Part shown: piece by piece, positions 51,192 to 60,628 of the stretch
How the letters are laid out: each line of letters begins with the position of its first letter
Numbering within the stretch: position 1 is the first letter of the stretch
Assembly (NCBI GenBank): GCA_963827275.1
Contig: CAWHAA010000001.1
Location: forward strand, 192,001-256,000
Direction: 5' to 3'
Length of the DNA stretch: 64,000 bases
From: an uncultured Spirochaetota bacterium
GTDB lineage: Bacteria > Spirochaetota > UBA4802 > UBA5550
Notes under the pieces: model-generated
The model's database searches: none
What the model was told of the DNA's origin: nothing
The model's input: the letters and a program-made list of their open reading frames with translations, nothing else
Position numbers and translations under genes: made by a program

Positions 51192-52908
51192 ATGTACCTG
51201 CTGGCAGACATTAAAAACGTTCTTTACCTGTCCCGCTCCCTTGCCATATTCTTCCGCAACGAGATCCGCCGCGGCACCTTCAGGGCGAATTTCAGGAGCC
51301 TCATCAAGCAGAAAAAAATCGCCGAAGACATGTCCTGGGCGGAGCTGGCAGAGGAAAAGGCAGCGAAGCACCCCGACCGGACATTCCTCATTTTCGAGGG
51401 AAATGAATACACCTACCGGGATATGGACGAGAACGCGAACCGGGTCGCCAATTTCTTCCAGTTTCACGGCGGCGGCAGGGGAAAGGGGGTCGCCATCTTT
51501 ATGGCTAATTGCCCCCAGTATCTCGACGTGTTCATCGGCTCGCAGAAGATCGGCATGTACTCCATCCCCATCAACACATCGCTTCGCGGAGACAGCCTGC
51601 TCTACATCCTTAACCACAGCGACGCGACCATGCTCGTCATAGACGAAGAATTCCTCGATGTGTATAACAAAATAATATCTCAGGTTGAAAACATTAAAAC
51701 TGTCATCGTCAACCGCACGAACGATCATGACGTGAACCAGCTTCCCAAAGGGATGATCCCTCTCTCGGAAGCCTATCGCCAGCTCCCGAAAAAACCGGAA
51801 ATCAGGTATTCCAAGGACGATATCTGCTTCATACTGTACACCTCGGGAACGACCGGCCTTCCGAAAGGCGTCCTCTACCGCTACGGGAAGACCACGGCGA
51901 AACTCCTTTCGATTCCTGCGAACGCGTTTTATAAAAAATCGGACATCCTCTACACCGCACTTCCCCTGTTCCACGGCAATGCACTCTGGCTCTGCGATCA
52001 CCCAGGCCATGCACGCGAGCGCAAAGGTGGTCCTGGGGAAAAAGTTTTCCGCAAGTAAATTCTGGGACGAAATCCGCACACACAAGGTCACGGCATTCAA
52101 CACCATCGGCGCGATGATACCGATCCTGATGAAACAGCCGCCGAAAGAGACAGACAAACAGAACAACGTCCGGTTCACCCTCTCTGCGGCCTGCCCGGCG
52201 GACGAGTGGCCGAAATTTGAGAAACGCTTCGGCATAAAAATATATGAGGGCTACGGCTCCGTCGACGGCGGCGGGAATAACATCATGAACCTGGGCAACG
52301 CGCCGGTGGGATCCATCGGCAAGCCGAGCCCCAATACGGTATACCGCCTGGTCGACAAGGACGGAAACGACGTGCCCGACGGCACGCCGGGCGAGCTGAT
52401 CTTCGAATCAAAGGGCGACAGCAAGTCCGTCGAATATTTTAAAAATGAAAAAGCCTCCGGAGAAAAGACCCGGAAAGGCTGGATCTATACCGGGGACCTG
52501 GTGCGGCGGGACAAAAAGGGATATCTCTACTTCGTCGGACGAAACGCCGAGTTCATGCGCATAAAGGGCGAGAATGTCTCCGCGTACGAAGTCGAGCACG
52601 CCATCCAGAAGCACCCCTCCGTCGTCGAGGCGGCGGTATACGCGGTGCCGTCAGAGCTGGCGGAGGATGAAATAATGGCCTCCATACTGCCGGTCGAAGG
52701 CCATTCCCTCAGGGAGGCCGACCTGGTCGCATTTCTCAAGGAGAACCTCGCGAAGTTCGCCGTCCCGCGGTTCGTTAAAATCGTGACTGAATTACCGAAG
52801 ACCGAGACGCAGCGAATAATCAAAAAAGAGCTTGAAAAACTGGGAATTGTCCCCGGGACCTATGACAGCCAGAAAAATATCTTCATTAAAGAATCGAAGG
52901 TGTCCTGA
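51192..52908 (+). CDS. Acyl-CoA synthetase (CaiC/FadD-like), split by a +1 frameshift near 51992
   Basis: YTSGTTGLPKG, LPLFHGNA, EGYGS, YTGD, GENVS, LPKT. Confidence 0.88.
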
Positions 52909-52989
52909 TTACCATGCAATGACAGGGGTAAGAGTGTGCCTGGCCCATGCAGAGGGGACAGAATTACCCGTGAAGGAGCGTCGTATAAA

Positions 52990-53871
52990 ATGATGGCTAT
53001 AAAGAACAAAAAGTGTTTTATTACCGGCGCCGCAAGCGGCATAGGGAGATCAACCGCCATAGCGCTCTCCGGACACGGCGCGCAGCTTTTTTTAACGGAT
53101 ATCGATGAAAATAAGCTCTCTGCAACCGTTGACGCCATCAAAAAAGACGGGGGTGCCGTCGGCGCATGGAAGAAAGCGGATGTCTCCCGCTACGATGAAG
53201 TCAGGGACATTGCCGACCGGATCCACGCCGAATTCGGGCCGATGGACATAGTGATGAACATCGCCGGCATCGCGATATGGGGGTTTGTCGAGCAACTGCG
53301 GCACCGGGACTGGCGGAAGATAATCGACATAAACCTCATGGGGCCGATCAACGTAATCCAGTGCTTCATCCCCTCCATGGTGGCGGCGGGACGCGGCGGG
53401 CACCTGGTCAATGTCTCATCAGCTGCCGGGCTCCTCGCCCTGCCCATGCACGCCGCCTACAGCGCGAGCAAGTTCGGGCTCCGCGGCCTGTCAGAGGTGC
53501 TCCGCTACGACCTGATGCGCCACGGCATCGGGGTTACGGTCGTATGCCCCGGCGCGGTCGAGACCCCCCTGAAGCAGTCGGTCGAGATCATCGGCATCGA
53601 CACGGATAACGCAGAAGTTATAAGAATGAAAAATAAATTTTCAGATCGCGCCGTGACCCCGGAGAAGGTCGCGTCATTGATCATCAAAGCGGTCCAGAAA
53701 AACAGGTACCTGGTCTTCACGTCTTTTGATATTCGGATCGCGTACTGTTTGAAGAAAAAGCTGTTTTTCGCGTATCATATTATAATGAAGCAATTGAACA
53801 ACATGATGAACGATATTGTGCGTCATGCCGGGATAAAAACAAACCGGGCAGACGGAGAAGACATTAATTAA
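52990..53871 (+). CDS. Short-chain dehydrogenase/reductase
   Basis: TGAASGIG, NIAG, NVSS, YSASK. Confidence 0.92.
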   Translation: MMAIKNKKCFITGAASGIGRSTAIALSGHGAQLFLTDIDENKLSATVDAIKKDGGAVGAWKKADVSRYDEVRDIADRIHAEFGPMDIVMNIAGIAIWGFVEQLRHRDWRKIIDINLMGPINVIQCFIPSMVAAGRGGHLVNVSSAAGLLALPMHAAYSASKFGLRGLSEVLRYDLMRHGIGVTVVCPGAVETPLKQSVEIIGIDTDNAEVIRMKNKFSDRAVTPEKVASLIIKAVQKNRYLVFTSFDIRIAYCLKKKLFFAYHIIMKQLNNMMNDIVRHAGIKTNRADGEDIN

Positions 53872-53896
53872 AGCTATCACGTCAAGAGGGAGCAGC

Positions 53897-54760
53897 ATGG
53901 ATCTAAACAAAAAGTTTCCGAATAAAAGGGTCGTCATCACCGGCGCCGGCAGCGGGCTCGGAAGGGCGCTCGCGCTTGAATTTGCGAAAAAGAACTGGAA
54001 GATTGCCATCGCTGAAATCAGCAAGGAGCGGGCCGGGGAGACGGCGGTACTGGTTGAGCAGAACGGCGGTACGCCCCTGGTGATCCCGTGCGACGTGACG
54101 AAACCGGAGGACCTCGACAGGGTGCTTGCCACGCTGAAGAAAGAATGGAACGGCGTGGACATTCTGATAAACAACGCCGGCGTGGCCTCGGCCGGATGGT
54201 TTGAGAAGATCCCCCTTGAGAAGTGGGACTGGATCATCGGACTCAACACGAAAAGCATTGTGCACGGGTGCCGGTCGTTCATCCCGTATTTCACCGGGCA
54301 GAAATCGGGGTACATCGTCAACGTGGCATCGAACGCCGGCATCGCCTCCATGCCCGAGATGGCAAGCTATAACGCGACCAAGGCCGCGGCGATATCCCTT
54401 ACCGAAACGATTAAAATCGAGCTTTCCAGGCACAACATCGGCGTATCCGTGGTATGCCCCACGTTCTTCAAAACGAACCTGATGGACCAGTTCACGTCGC
54501 CGGACAAACGCCAGCTCGAGCTCGCCAATACGTTTTTCGGAAACGCGCAGGTATCAGCGGAAAAGGTCGCGCGTCATACCATTACATCAATCGAGAAAAA
54601 CCGCTTCTACGTGATCACCCAGAAAGACGGAAGAAACATGTGGCGCATGAAGCGATATTTCCCGGAGCTCTATTTCAAGGTGTTCAGCCTGCTCTATAGA
54701 ACGGGATTCTACGACAGACATCTCGTCAAGCTGCTCAAACTATTAAACGTTGTCGGGTAA
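53897..54760 (+). CDS. Short-chain dehydrogenase/reductase
   Basis: TGAGSGLG, NNAG, NVAS, YNATK. Confidence 0.92.
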   Translation: MDLNKKFPNKRVVITGAGSGLGRALALEFAKKNWKIAIAEISKERAGETAVLVEQNGGTPLVIPCDVTKPEDLDRVLATLKKEWNGVDILINNAGVASAGWFEKIPLEKWDWIIGLNTKSIVHGCRSFIPYFTGQKSGYIVNVASNAGIASMPEMASYNATKAAAISLTETIKIELSRHNIGVSVVCPTFFKTNLMDQFTSPDKRQLELANTFFGNAQVSAEKVARHTITSIEKNRFYVITQKDGRNMWRMKRYFPELYFKVFSLLYRTGFYDRHLVKLLKLLNVVG

Positions 54761-54833
54761 AGCGGGGGGCCTTCTTCTCCCGGCCCATACCGGGCCGGCA
54801 TATCATCGCAGCAGCGATAGCGAGGTGCGTCTT

Positions 54834-55871
54834 ATGGAATTCAGGTATCTGAAAACGCGGCGTGAAAACGCCACATTGTGGGTGGAGCTGAAAAATCCGC
54901 CGGTAAATTTCCTTACGATGGACATACTGGAAGAGTTGTTTGTCCTGGTCAAAAAGACATCGAAGGACGACTCCATCCGGGTGCTGGTCCTCACCGGCAG
55001 CAGGGACGACATCTACATCATGCACTTCTCGATACCGGAGCTTCTGCGGCTCTCGACCCATAACAAGCGGCTCCTTCTGCACCTCGCGGTCCGGTTCCGG
55101 CCCACCGCCGCCCTGCTCGCGCGCTACATGACGTTCACCAACTGGCTCATGGACCACTCCTCCTCGTATGAATGGCTTATGCTGAAGACGGCAAGACTGA
55201 TACGGGGGTTTTCATCCGGCATGTTTCTCTGGTTCCAGATGATGCGGCTCTACCACGCCATTGAGCGCATGAACAAGGTCACCATCGCGGCGATCAACGG
55301 GCACTGCAACGGCGGGGGCACCGAGCTCTCCGCCTGCTTCGATTTCAGGTTCATGGTCGGCGACGGGGGATACACCATCGGCCAGCCCGAGTGCCTGGTG
55401 GGCATCGTCCCCGGCGGGGGCAACACCCAGCGCCTCCCCCGCCTTATCGGCAGGGCCAGGGCGCTCGAGCTGATGCTCACCGGCGGCCAGTGGACCCCGG
55501 CGGAGGCCAGGCAGGCGGGGCTGATTACCGGCTATTTCAAAAAACGCGATTTTAAAAAGAAGGTGCAGGAATTCGCCGACCTGATGAGCAAGCGCCCGCC
55601 GGTGGGGATCGACGCCATCAAGAAGAGCGTGCTCGGCGGCATGAGCGCCACCCTGCGCCACGGGTTGAGCCTCGAGCTGGTGCAGAGCCTTCGCTGCCTG
55701 GACACGAAAGACACGCAGATGGCCATGAAAGAATATATAAAATACATTGACGAAAACATAAACACCGTCAATGCTGAAACTGCGACCACGAAAGAAATCC
55801 TGGGGGTTGCCAACAAAACCCTGGATGACATGTACAACGCGAAAATTTTCAGGGGATTTGCGGGAAAATAA
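54834..55871 (+). CDS. Enoyl-CoA hydratase/isomerase family protein (paralog of 15071..16108)
   Basis: NPPVN, GGGTELS, QPECLVG, TQRLPRLIG; GAGG RBS before ATG 54834. Confidence 0.88.
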   Translation: MEFRYLKTRRENATLWVELKNPPVNFLTMDILEELFVLVKKTSKDDSIRVLVLTGSRDDIYIMHFSIPELLRLSTHNKRLLLHLAVRFRPTAALLARYMTFTNWLMDHSSSYEWLMLKTARLIRGFSSGMFLWFQMMRLYHAIERMNKVTIAAINGHCNGGGTELSACFDFRFMVGDGGYTIGQPECLVGIVPGGGNTQRLPRLIGRARALELMLTGGQWTPAEARQAGLITGYFKKRDFKKKVQEFADLMSKRPPVGIDAIKKSVLGGMSATLRHGLSLELVQSLRCLDTKDTQMAMKEYIKYIDENINTVNAETATTKEILGVANKTLDDMYNAKIFRGFAGK

Positions 55872-55894
55872 CCGGACGGAGATACTGCACCACC

Positions 55895-56746
55895 ATGAAC
55901 ATCAAGCGCCTCGATGACAAATGCAGCAACTGCGGGCTCTGCGTGAGGGACTGCGTCGCGGGAGTCTGGCGCATTGTCAACGGGAAGCCGGAGCCGGTGG
56001 AGCCGGAGCTCTGCAACCGATGCAGCCACTGCATCGCGGTGTGCCCCCGTGACGCGATACTCCATGACGGCCTTGACGCGGCCCAGGCCGTTCGTACGAA
56101 GCGCACGGACCTGAAGCCTGACGCCTTCCGCGACATCGTCCTTTCCCGGAGAAGCATACGGCAGTTCAGGGACAGGCCGGTGCCGCGCGAGCTGATCGAG
56201 CGCATCATCGGCCTCGCCCGCTACGCCCCCACCGCGAGCAACGACCAGGACGTCGGCTACATCGTCATCACCGACAAAAAAATAATAAAAGACGCGGCCG
56301 GGCATCTCTTCGGTTTTCTCCTCCGCCTGTACGCGCAGACCCGGAAAGGCATAGGGAAGATGATCGTCACCCGCACCGGCCTCGCGAATAACCGCTACCT
56401 GAAAGTGATGGCATACGCCCGGCAGCAGAACGCCGAAGCAGGGAGAGACTTCATGCTGTACGACGCGCCGGTCCTCATGCTCCTGCACACGCCGAAGAAA
56501 AACCGGTTCGGCGTTGACAACTGCGCCATTGCCGCGACGACCGTGATACACTACGCCCATGCCCTCGGCCTGGGCACCTGCGTCATAGGCTTCATGACCA
56601 TGGCGATACGCTTCAGCAAAACAATGCGGAAACGCTTCGGCGTACCGGACGGCAGGAGGGTGCACGCGAGCCTGGTGATGGGGTACCCGGCGTACTACCA
56701 CGCGAAGACGGTATCAAGGAAAAAAGCGGACATCGCATGGAAATAA
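55895..56746 (+). CDS. Nitroreductase with N-terminal 2x[4Fe-4S] ferredoxin domain
   Basis: CxxCxxCxxxC twice, RRSIRQF, APTASN, GLGTC, MGYP. Confidence 0.92.
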   Translation: MNIKRLDDKCSNCGLCVRDCVAGVWRIVNGKPEPVEPELCNRCSHCIAVCPRDAILHDGLDAAQAVRTKRTDLKPDAFRDIVLSRRSIRQFRDRPVPRELIERIIGLARYAPTASNDQDVGYIVITDKKIIKDAAGHLFGFLLRLYAQTRKGIGKMIVTRTGLANNRYLKVMAYARQQNAEAGRDFMLYDAPVLMLLHTPKKNRFGVDNCAIAATTVIHYAHALGLGTCVIGFMTMAIRFSKTMRKRFGVPDGRRVHASLVMGYPAYYHAKTVSRKKADIAWK

Positions 56747-56854
56747 ATCGGCCGTACCCGGGAAAAAGACCGCGCGGCGCGTTCGTGAAATTATATCATT
56801 ATTTATTGACAACCCGCGCCGTTCCGGATAATAAAAAAGGCGGAAGGTGCCTCA

Positions 56855-57292
56855 ATGTTTGATTATACCGTTCACACAGAGATTGATATCAGCGCGCCGG
56901 CCGAACGGGTCTGGCAGGTGCTGACCGACCTGGATGCCTACCCTGATTGGAACCCGATGATACGCCGCGCGGCCGGCGAGATAAAAAAGGGCGCCCGGCT
57001 CATCATATATTTCCATCCCTCAGGATCAAAAGGGAGGACGTTTCGTCCGAAGCTTCTTGCCGTTGAACCGAACCGGGAGTTGCGCTGGCAGGGACAGCCG
57101 GGCTTCCCCCTTCTGTTTGAGAGCGAACACGTTTTTACCATCACCCCTGCCGAAAACAGGGCGGTCCGCCTCACACATGACATGATTTTTTACGGGCTGC
57201 TTATTCCTTTCGCACGAAACATCGCGCGGAGGGCAACGCACGGCCCTTTTACCGACATGAACCGGGCATTAAAGGACCGTGCTGAAAAATAA
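56855..57292 (+). CDS. SRPBCC/START-like ligand-binding protein
   Basis: IDISAPAERVWQVLTDLDAYPDWNP...MNRALK. Confidence 0.88.
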   Translation: MFDYTVHTEIDISAPAERVWQVLTDLDAYPDWNPMIRRAAGEIKKGARLIIYFHPSGSKGRTFRPKLLAVEPNRELRWQGQPGFPLLFESEHVFTITPAENRAVRLTHDMIFYGLLIPFARNIARRATHGPFTDMNRALKDRAEK

Positions 57293-57311
57293 TTCAAGGA
57301 GCTGTTGATCA

Positions 57312-58319
57312 ATGAAAAAAACCATCATTGGCGCAATCGTCATCGTTGTCCTGTTCCACGTCGTCTGGTACGCGGGAAGCTGCGCCTACCAGCGAAGTGG
57401 CCTCCCTGACAGTAAGGAAGCGAAGGAGTACCAGGCGCAATTCCTGAAAAAAATAAACATCGTCATCGATACCAAAAAAATGGAAGAGATCGACATCAAT
57501 GCGAACGGGTACACGCTGCACCTCACCGTATTCCCGGTCGGGAAAAACGCGCCCTCCCTGGTCTTCATCCCCGGGACCATGTGTTACGCGCAGCTGTATA
57601 TCGAATTCATGTACAAGATGCACCGGCAGGGCTTTAACGTGGTCGGGGTCGACATGCGCGGCCACGGCATGAGCAGCGGCCTGCGCGGCAACTACGACAT
57701 CAACGGCCTCGTGGACGACCTGCTGGCGGGCGTGAAGTACGCGAGGGAGCGGTTCGGCGGCAGGGTCGCGATCGCGGGAAGCAGCCAGGGCGGCATTGCG
57801 GCCTTTTACGCGGCGGCGCGGGATGATTCGATCGCGGCGGCGGTCTGCCATAACCTCGCCGACCTGAACGGAAAAGAGAACCTGGTACTGACACGGGTCA
57901 GGATGCCGCAGTGCCTGGTGCCTGTCGCGGGATTCCTGGCAGGCGTCTACAAAAACTACTCGATCCCGGTGTCGCTCTACCTCGATCTTGAAAAGGAACG
58001 CGCGAAGGACGGGCGGACAATCAAAGCCCTCGCGAAAGAAGACCCGCAGATGGTCTACTGGATAAGCATAAAATCCCTCGGATCATTGATGCGCACCGAC
58101 CTGGCGAAACCGGTTGAAGCGATCAGGGTGCCCGTCATGATGCTCTATTCCGACGGCGACACCATCTTTCCGCAGGCGTACGTGGAGAGCATATACAACC
58201 GCCTGACATGCAGGAAGAACTCCCTGCTGCTCAAGGACACGGACCACATGATCGCGACCAACCACGTGGACAGGATCGTCCCGGCGACAGCGGCCTGGCT
58301 GAAAGAAGTCATGCGGTAA
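57312..58319 (+). CDS. Alpha/beta hydrolase (lysophospholipase-like) with N-terminal signal/anchor
   Basis: DMRGHGMS, AGSSQGG, DTIFP, TDHM. Confidence 0.85.
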   Translation: MKKTIIGAIVIVVLFHVVWYAGSCAYQRSGLPDSKEAKEYQAQFLKKINIVIDTKKMEEIDINANGYTLHLTVFPVGKNAPSLVFIPGTMCYAQLYIEFMYKMHRQGFNVVGVDMRGHGMSSGLRGNYDINGLVDDLLAGVKYARERFGGRVAIAGSSQGGIAAFYAAARDDSIAAAVCHNLADLNGKENLVLTRVRMPQCLVPVAGFLAGVYKNYSIPVSLYLDLEKERAKDGRTIKALAKEDPQMVYWISIKSLGSLMRTDLAKPVEAIRVPVMMLYSDGDTIFPQAYVESIYNRLTCRKNSLLLKDTDHMIATNHVDRIVPATAAWLKEVMR

Positions 58320-58341
58320 TACCGGCGCATGGAGGCATGCT

Positions 58342-59421
58342 ATGGCGGATAAAAAAACAACCCCGGGAATCGGCATTAAAAAACGCGCCCTGGACTTTCT
58401 GGGAAGCTGCGTCGACGCCCTCTTCCTGGCCGTGCCCGCGGTGTACAAGCCGTTCAAGCCGGCGCGGAAGATCGGGCGCGAGGAATTCGAGAAGCAGATC
58501 GACTACTATATCGTCAACGGCTACGCCGATGACCCGGCTTCTTTCTTCACCCTGCCCGGCAGCGCGCCGGCACACGCCATAATAGCGGAAAAACCGTACC
58601 ATGACGGCCAGTACCAGCTCATCAGCTACGAGAGCAATTACACGGCAAAGAACCCCCTGATCCGGGAGCGGTACGACTCATACGCGAGCAACAGGACCGG
58701 CTACCTGGTCAGGTGGACCCACGGCGACGGGGAGCGCAAAACGGTCCTCTGCCACCACGGGTACATGCTCGGTGAACCGCGCCAGGCCCGGAGGATGTTC
58801 CGCGTGAAGAGCCTCTTCATGCAGGGGCTTGACGTCGCGCTGTTCATCGCCCCGTTCCACTGGCGGCGCGGCACCGGGCTCCTGTCCGAGCGGGGGATCT
58901 ATCTCCAGGAGGACGACCCGGCCATGACCTGCGAATGCGTGGGACAGACCATCCATGACCTCTACGCCTCGTTCCTGCTCCTGCGCGACCTGGGCGCGCC
59001 GGAGATCGGGCTGATCGGCGCAAGCCTCGGGGGCCACTCCACGGCGCTGTTCGCCGCCCTTACCGACGTCGCCTCGTTCGCCGCCATGATGGTGCCGGCG
59101 GTGAATTTCACCTGGCCCAAGGACCCGGACTCGGCAAAGTATCGTTTCCCGGTGGACGCCCGGCTCCGCGCGAAAATCCGCCGCGTCTGGGACCTCCACT
59201 CCCCGCTCCATCTGGAGCCAAAGATGGACACGGACACGATGCTCGTCGTGGCCTCCCGCGGGGACCTGATCTGCCCCTTCGAGCAGGCGCGGCAGCTCTG
59301 CGATGAGTGGATGATACGGGACCGCCATTTTTTGACGGGCGGCCACTGGCTCATATTCAGCAGGGGGGTACGGGGCCGGGCATGGCGCGACCTCCTGAAA
59401 AGGACCGGGTTTATCCCCTGA
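58342..59421 (+). CDS. Alpha/beta hydrolase
   Basis: HHGY, PFHW.R, IGASLGG, D.IC, GGH. Confidence 0.82.
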   Translation: MADKKTTPGIGIKKRALDFLGSCVDALFLAVPAVYKPFKPARKIGREEFEKQIDYYIVNGYADDPASFFTLPGSAPAHAIIAEKPYHDGQYQLISYESNYTAKNPLIRERYDSYASNRTGYLVRWTHGDGERKTVLCHHGYMLGEPRQARRMFRVKSLFMQGLDVALFIAPFHWRRGTGLLSERGIYLQEDDPAMTCECVGQTIHDLYASFLLLRDLGAPEIGLIGASLGGHSTALFAALTDVASFAAMMVPAVNFTWPKDPDSAKYRFPVDARLRAKIRRVWDLHSPLHLEPKMDTDTMLVVASRGDLICPFEQARQLCDEWMIRDRHFLTGGHWLIFSRGVRGRAWRDLLKRTGFIP

Positions 59422-59454
59422 CAGCGTGAGCAAGGAAGGAGATAGACCAGCGGC

Positions 59455-60468
59455 ATGACGGAACATGCAAAAAAGCGCCACGAGGAGATATACCCCGGAA
59501 TATTCAGGATAATCCTCCCCCTTGCGGGCACGAAGCCCGGGCCGGTGAACGCCTACCTCTTTACGGGGAAACCGGTCACCCTCATCGACACGGGCACGGT
59601 GAAATCCGCGCCGGTGCTGGAGCGGGAGCTCCGCGCGATCGGGACGGCCTTCTCAGACATCGACCAGATCGTCCTCACCCACGGCCACATCGACCATTAC
59701 GGCGCCGCGAAGAGGATCATCCGCGGTGCGGGCAGGCCCATCCCGGTGCTGGCCAACCTCGAGGACCGGACGCTCATCGAGCGCGGAATCGAGGTGTCGG
59801 AAAAGCAGTTTTCCCGCTACTACCGTCTCATGGGCGTGCCGTTCAGATTTCATATCTCGCTCCTGCTGGTCAGGTTGCTCTTCATGTCAATGGCCGAACA
59901 GTGCAGCGTGGACAGGCCGATATCGGAGGGAGACACGATCGCGATGGGCGGCTACACGGCCAGGGTGATAGCCACGCCGGGCCATACCAGGGGGTCCGTG
60001 AGCTTGTACCTCGAAAAGGAAGGGCTCCTCTTCCCCGGGGACCACATACTGGGCCACATCACCCCCAACGCGTTCGTGATGCTCGAGGCGGATTTCGTCC
60101 TGCCGCGCCGCATGAGCCAGGTTGAATTCTATCACTCTCTTGAAAAAATCGAGGCGCTCGCCCCGCGGAAGGTGTATCCCGCCCACGGCGACCCGATTGA
60201 TGATGTCGGCGCGGTCATCGCCATGTTCCGCGAGCAGTTTTCAACCCGCCAGCGAAAGATCATGGCGATACTCGCAGGGGGCGAAAATACCGTGTACCGC
60301 ATCGGCAGGACGTTGTTCCCCGACATAAAAGGGAAGCGCCTTCCCCTCGAGATATTCCTGCTGGTGTCGGAAGTGTACACGCACCTGCAGGTGCTCCAGA
60401 AAGAGGGCCGCGTTTCATCGGAAATGAAAAACGGCGCACTGTATTATAGCATTATTTCGCGCGGTTGA
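59455..60468 (+). CDS. MBL-fold metallo-hydrolase with C-terminal winged helix
   Basis: THGHIDHYG, TPGHT, GDH, PAHG. Confidence 0.9.
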   Translation: MTEHAKKRHEEIYPGIFRIILPLAGTKPGPVNAYLFTGKPVTLIDTGTVKSAPVLERELRAIGTAFSDIDQIVLTHGHIDHYGAAKRIIRGAGRPIPVLANLEDRTLIERGIEVSEKQFSRYYRLMGVPFRFHISLLLVRLLFMSMAEQCSVDRPISEGDTIAMGGYTARVIATPGHTRGSVSLYLEKEGLLFPGDHILGHITPNAFVMLEADFVLPRRMSQVEFYHSLEKIEALAPRKVYPAHGDPIDDVGAVIAMFREQFSTRQRKIMAILAGGENTVYRIGRTLFPDIKGKRLPLEIFLLVSEVYTHLQVLQKEGRVSSEMKNGALYYSIISRG

Positions 60469-60628
60469 GCATGCGCAGATGAAAATGAATTGACAGTCGA
60501 TGCCGTCATCGTTCATACTGAGGGTGAGGATGTGATGCGAGGTCGCAGGGCCTCGCATTGTTTTGGCCGCGGGCCTTTTTTTCAATCCGTGGACCTTTAT
60601 CATAACGCCAGAGACCATATTGCCCGAC

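Noticed and set aside
50601..52235. 544-aa minus-strand ORF and similar long antisense ORFs (e.g. 1692..2849, 39612..40811, 55532..56701)
   Set aside because: Shadow ORFs opposite well-supported genes in high-GC3 DNA, with no recognisable motifs.
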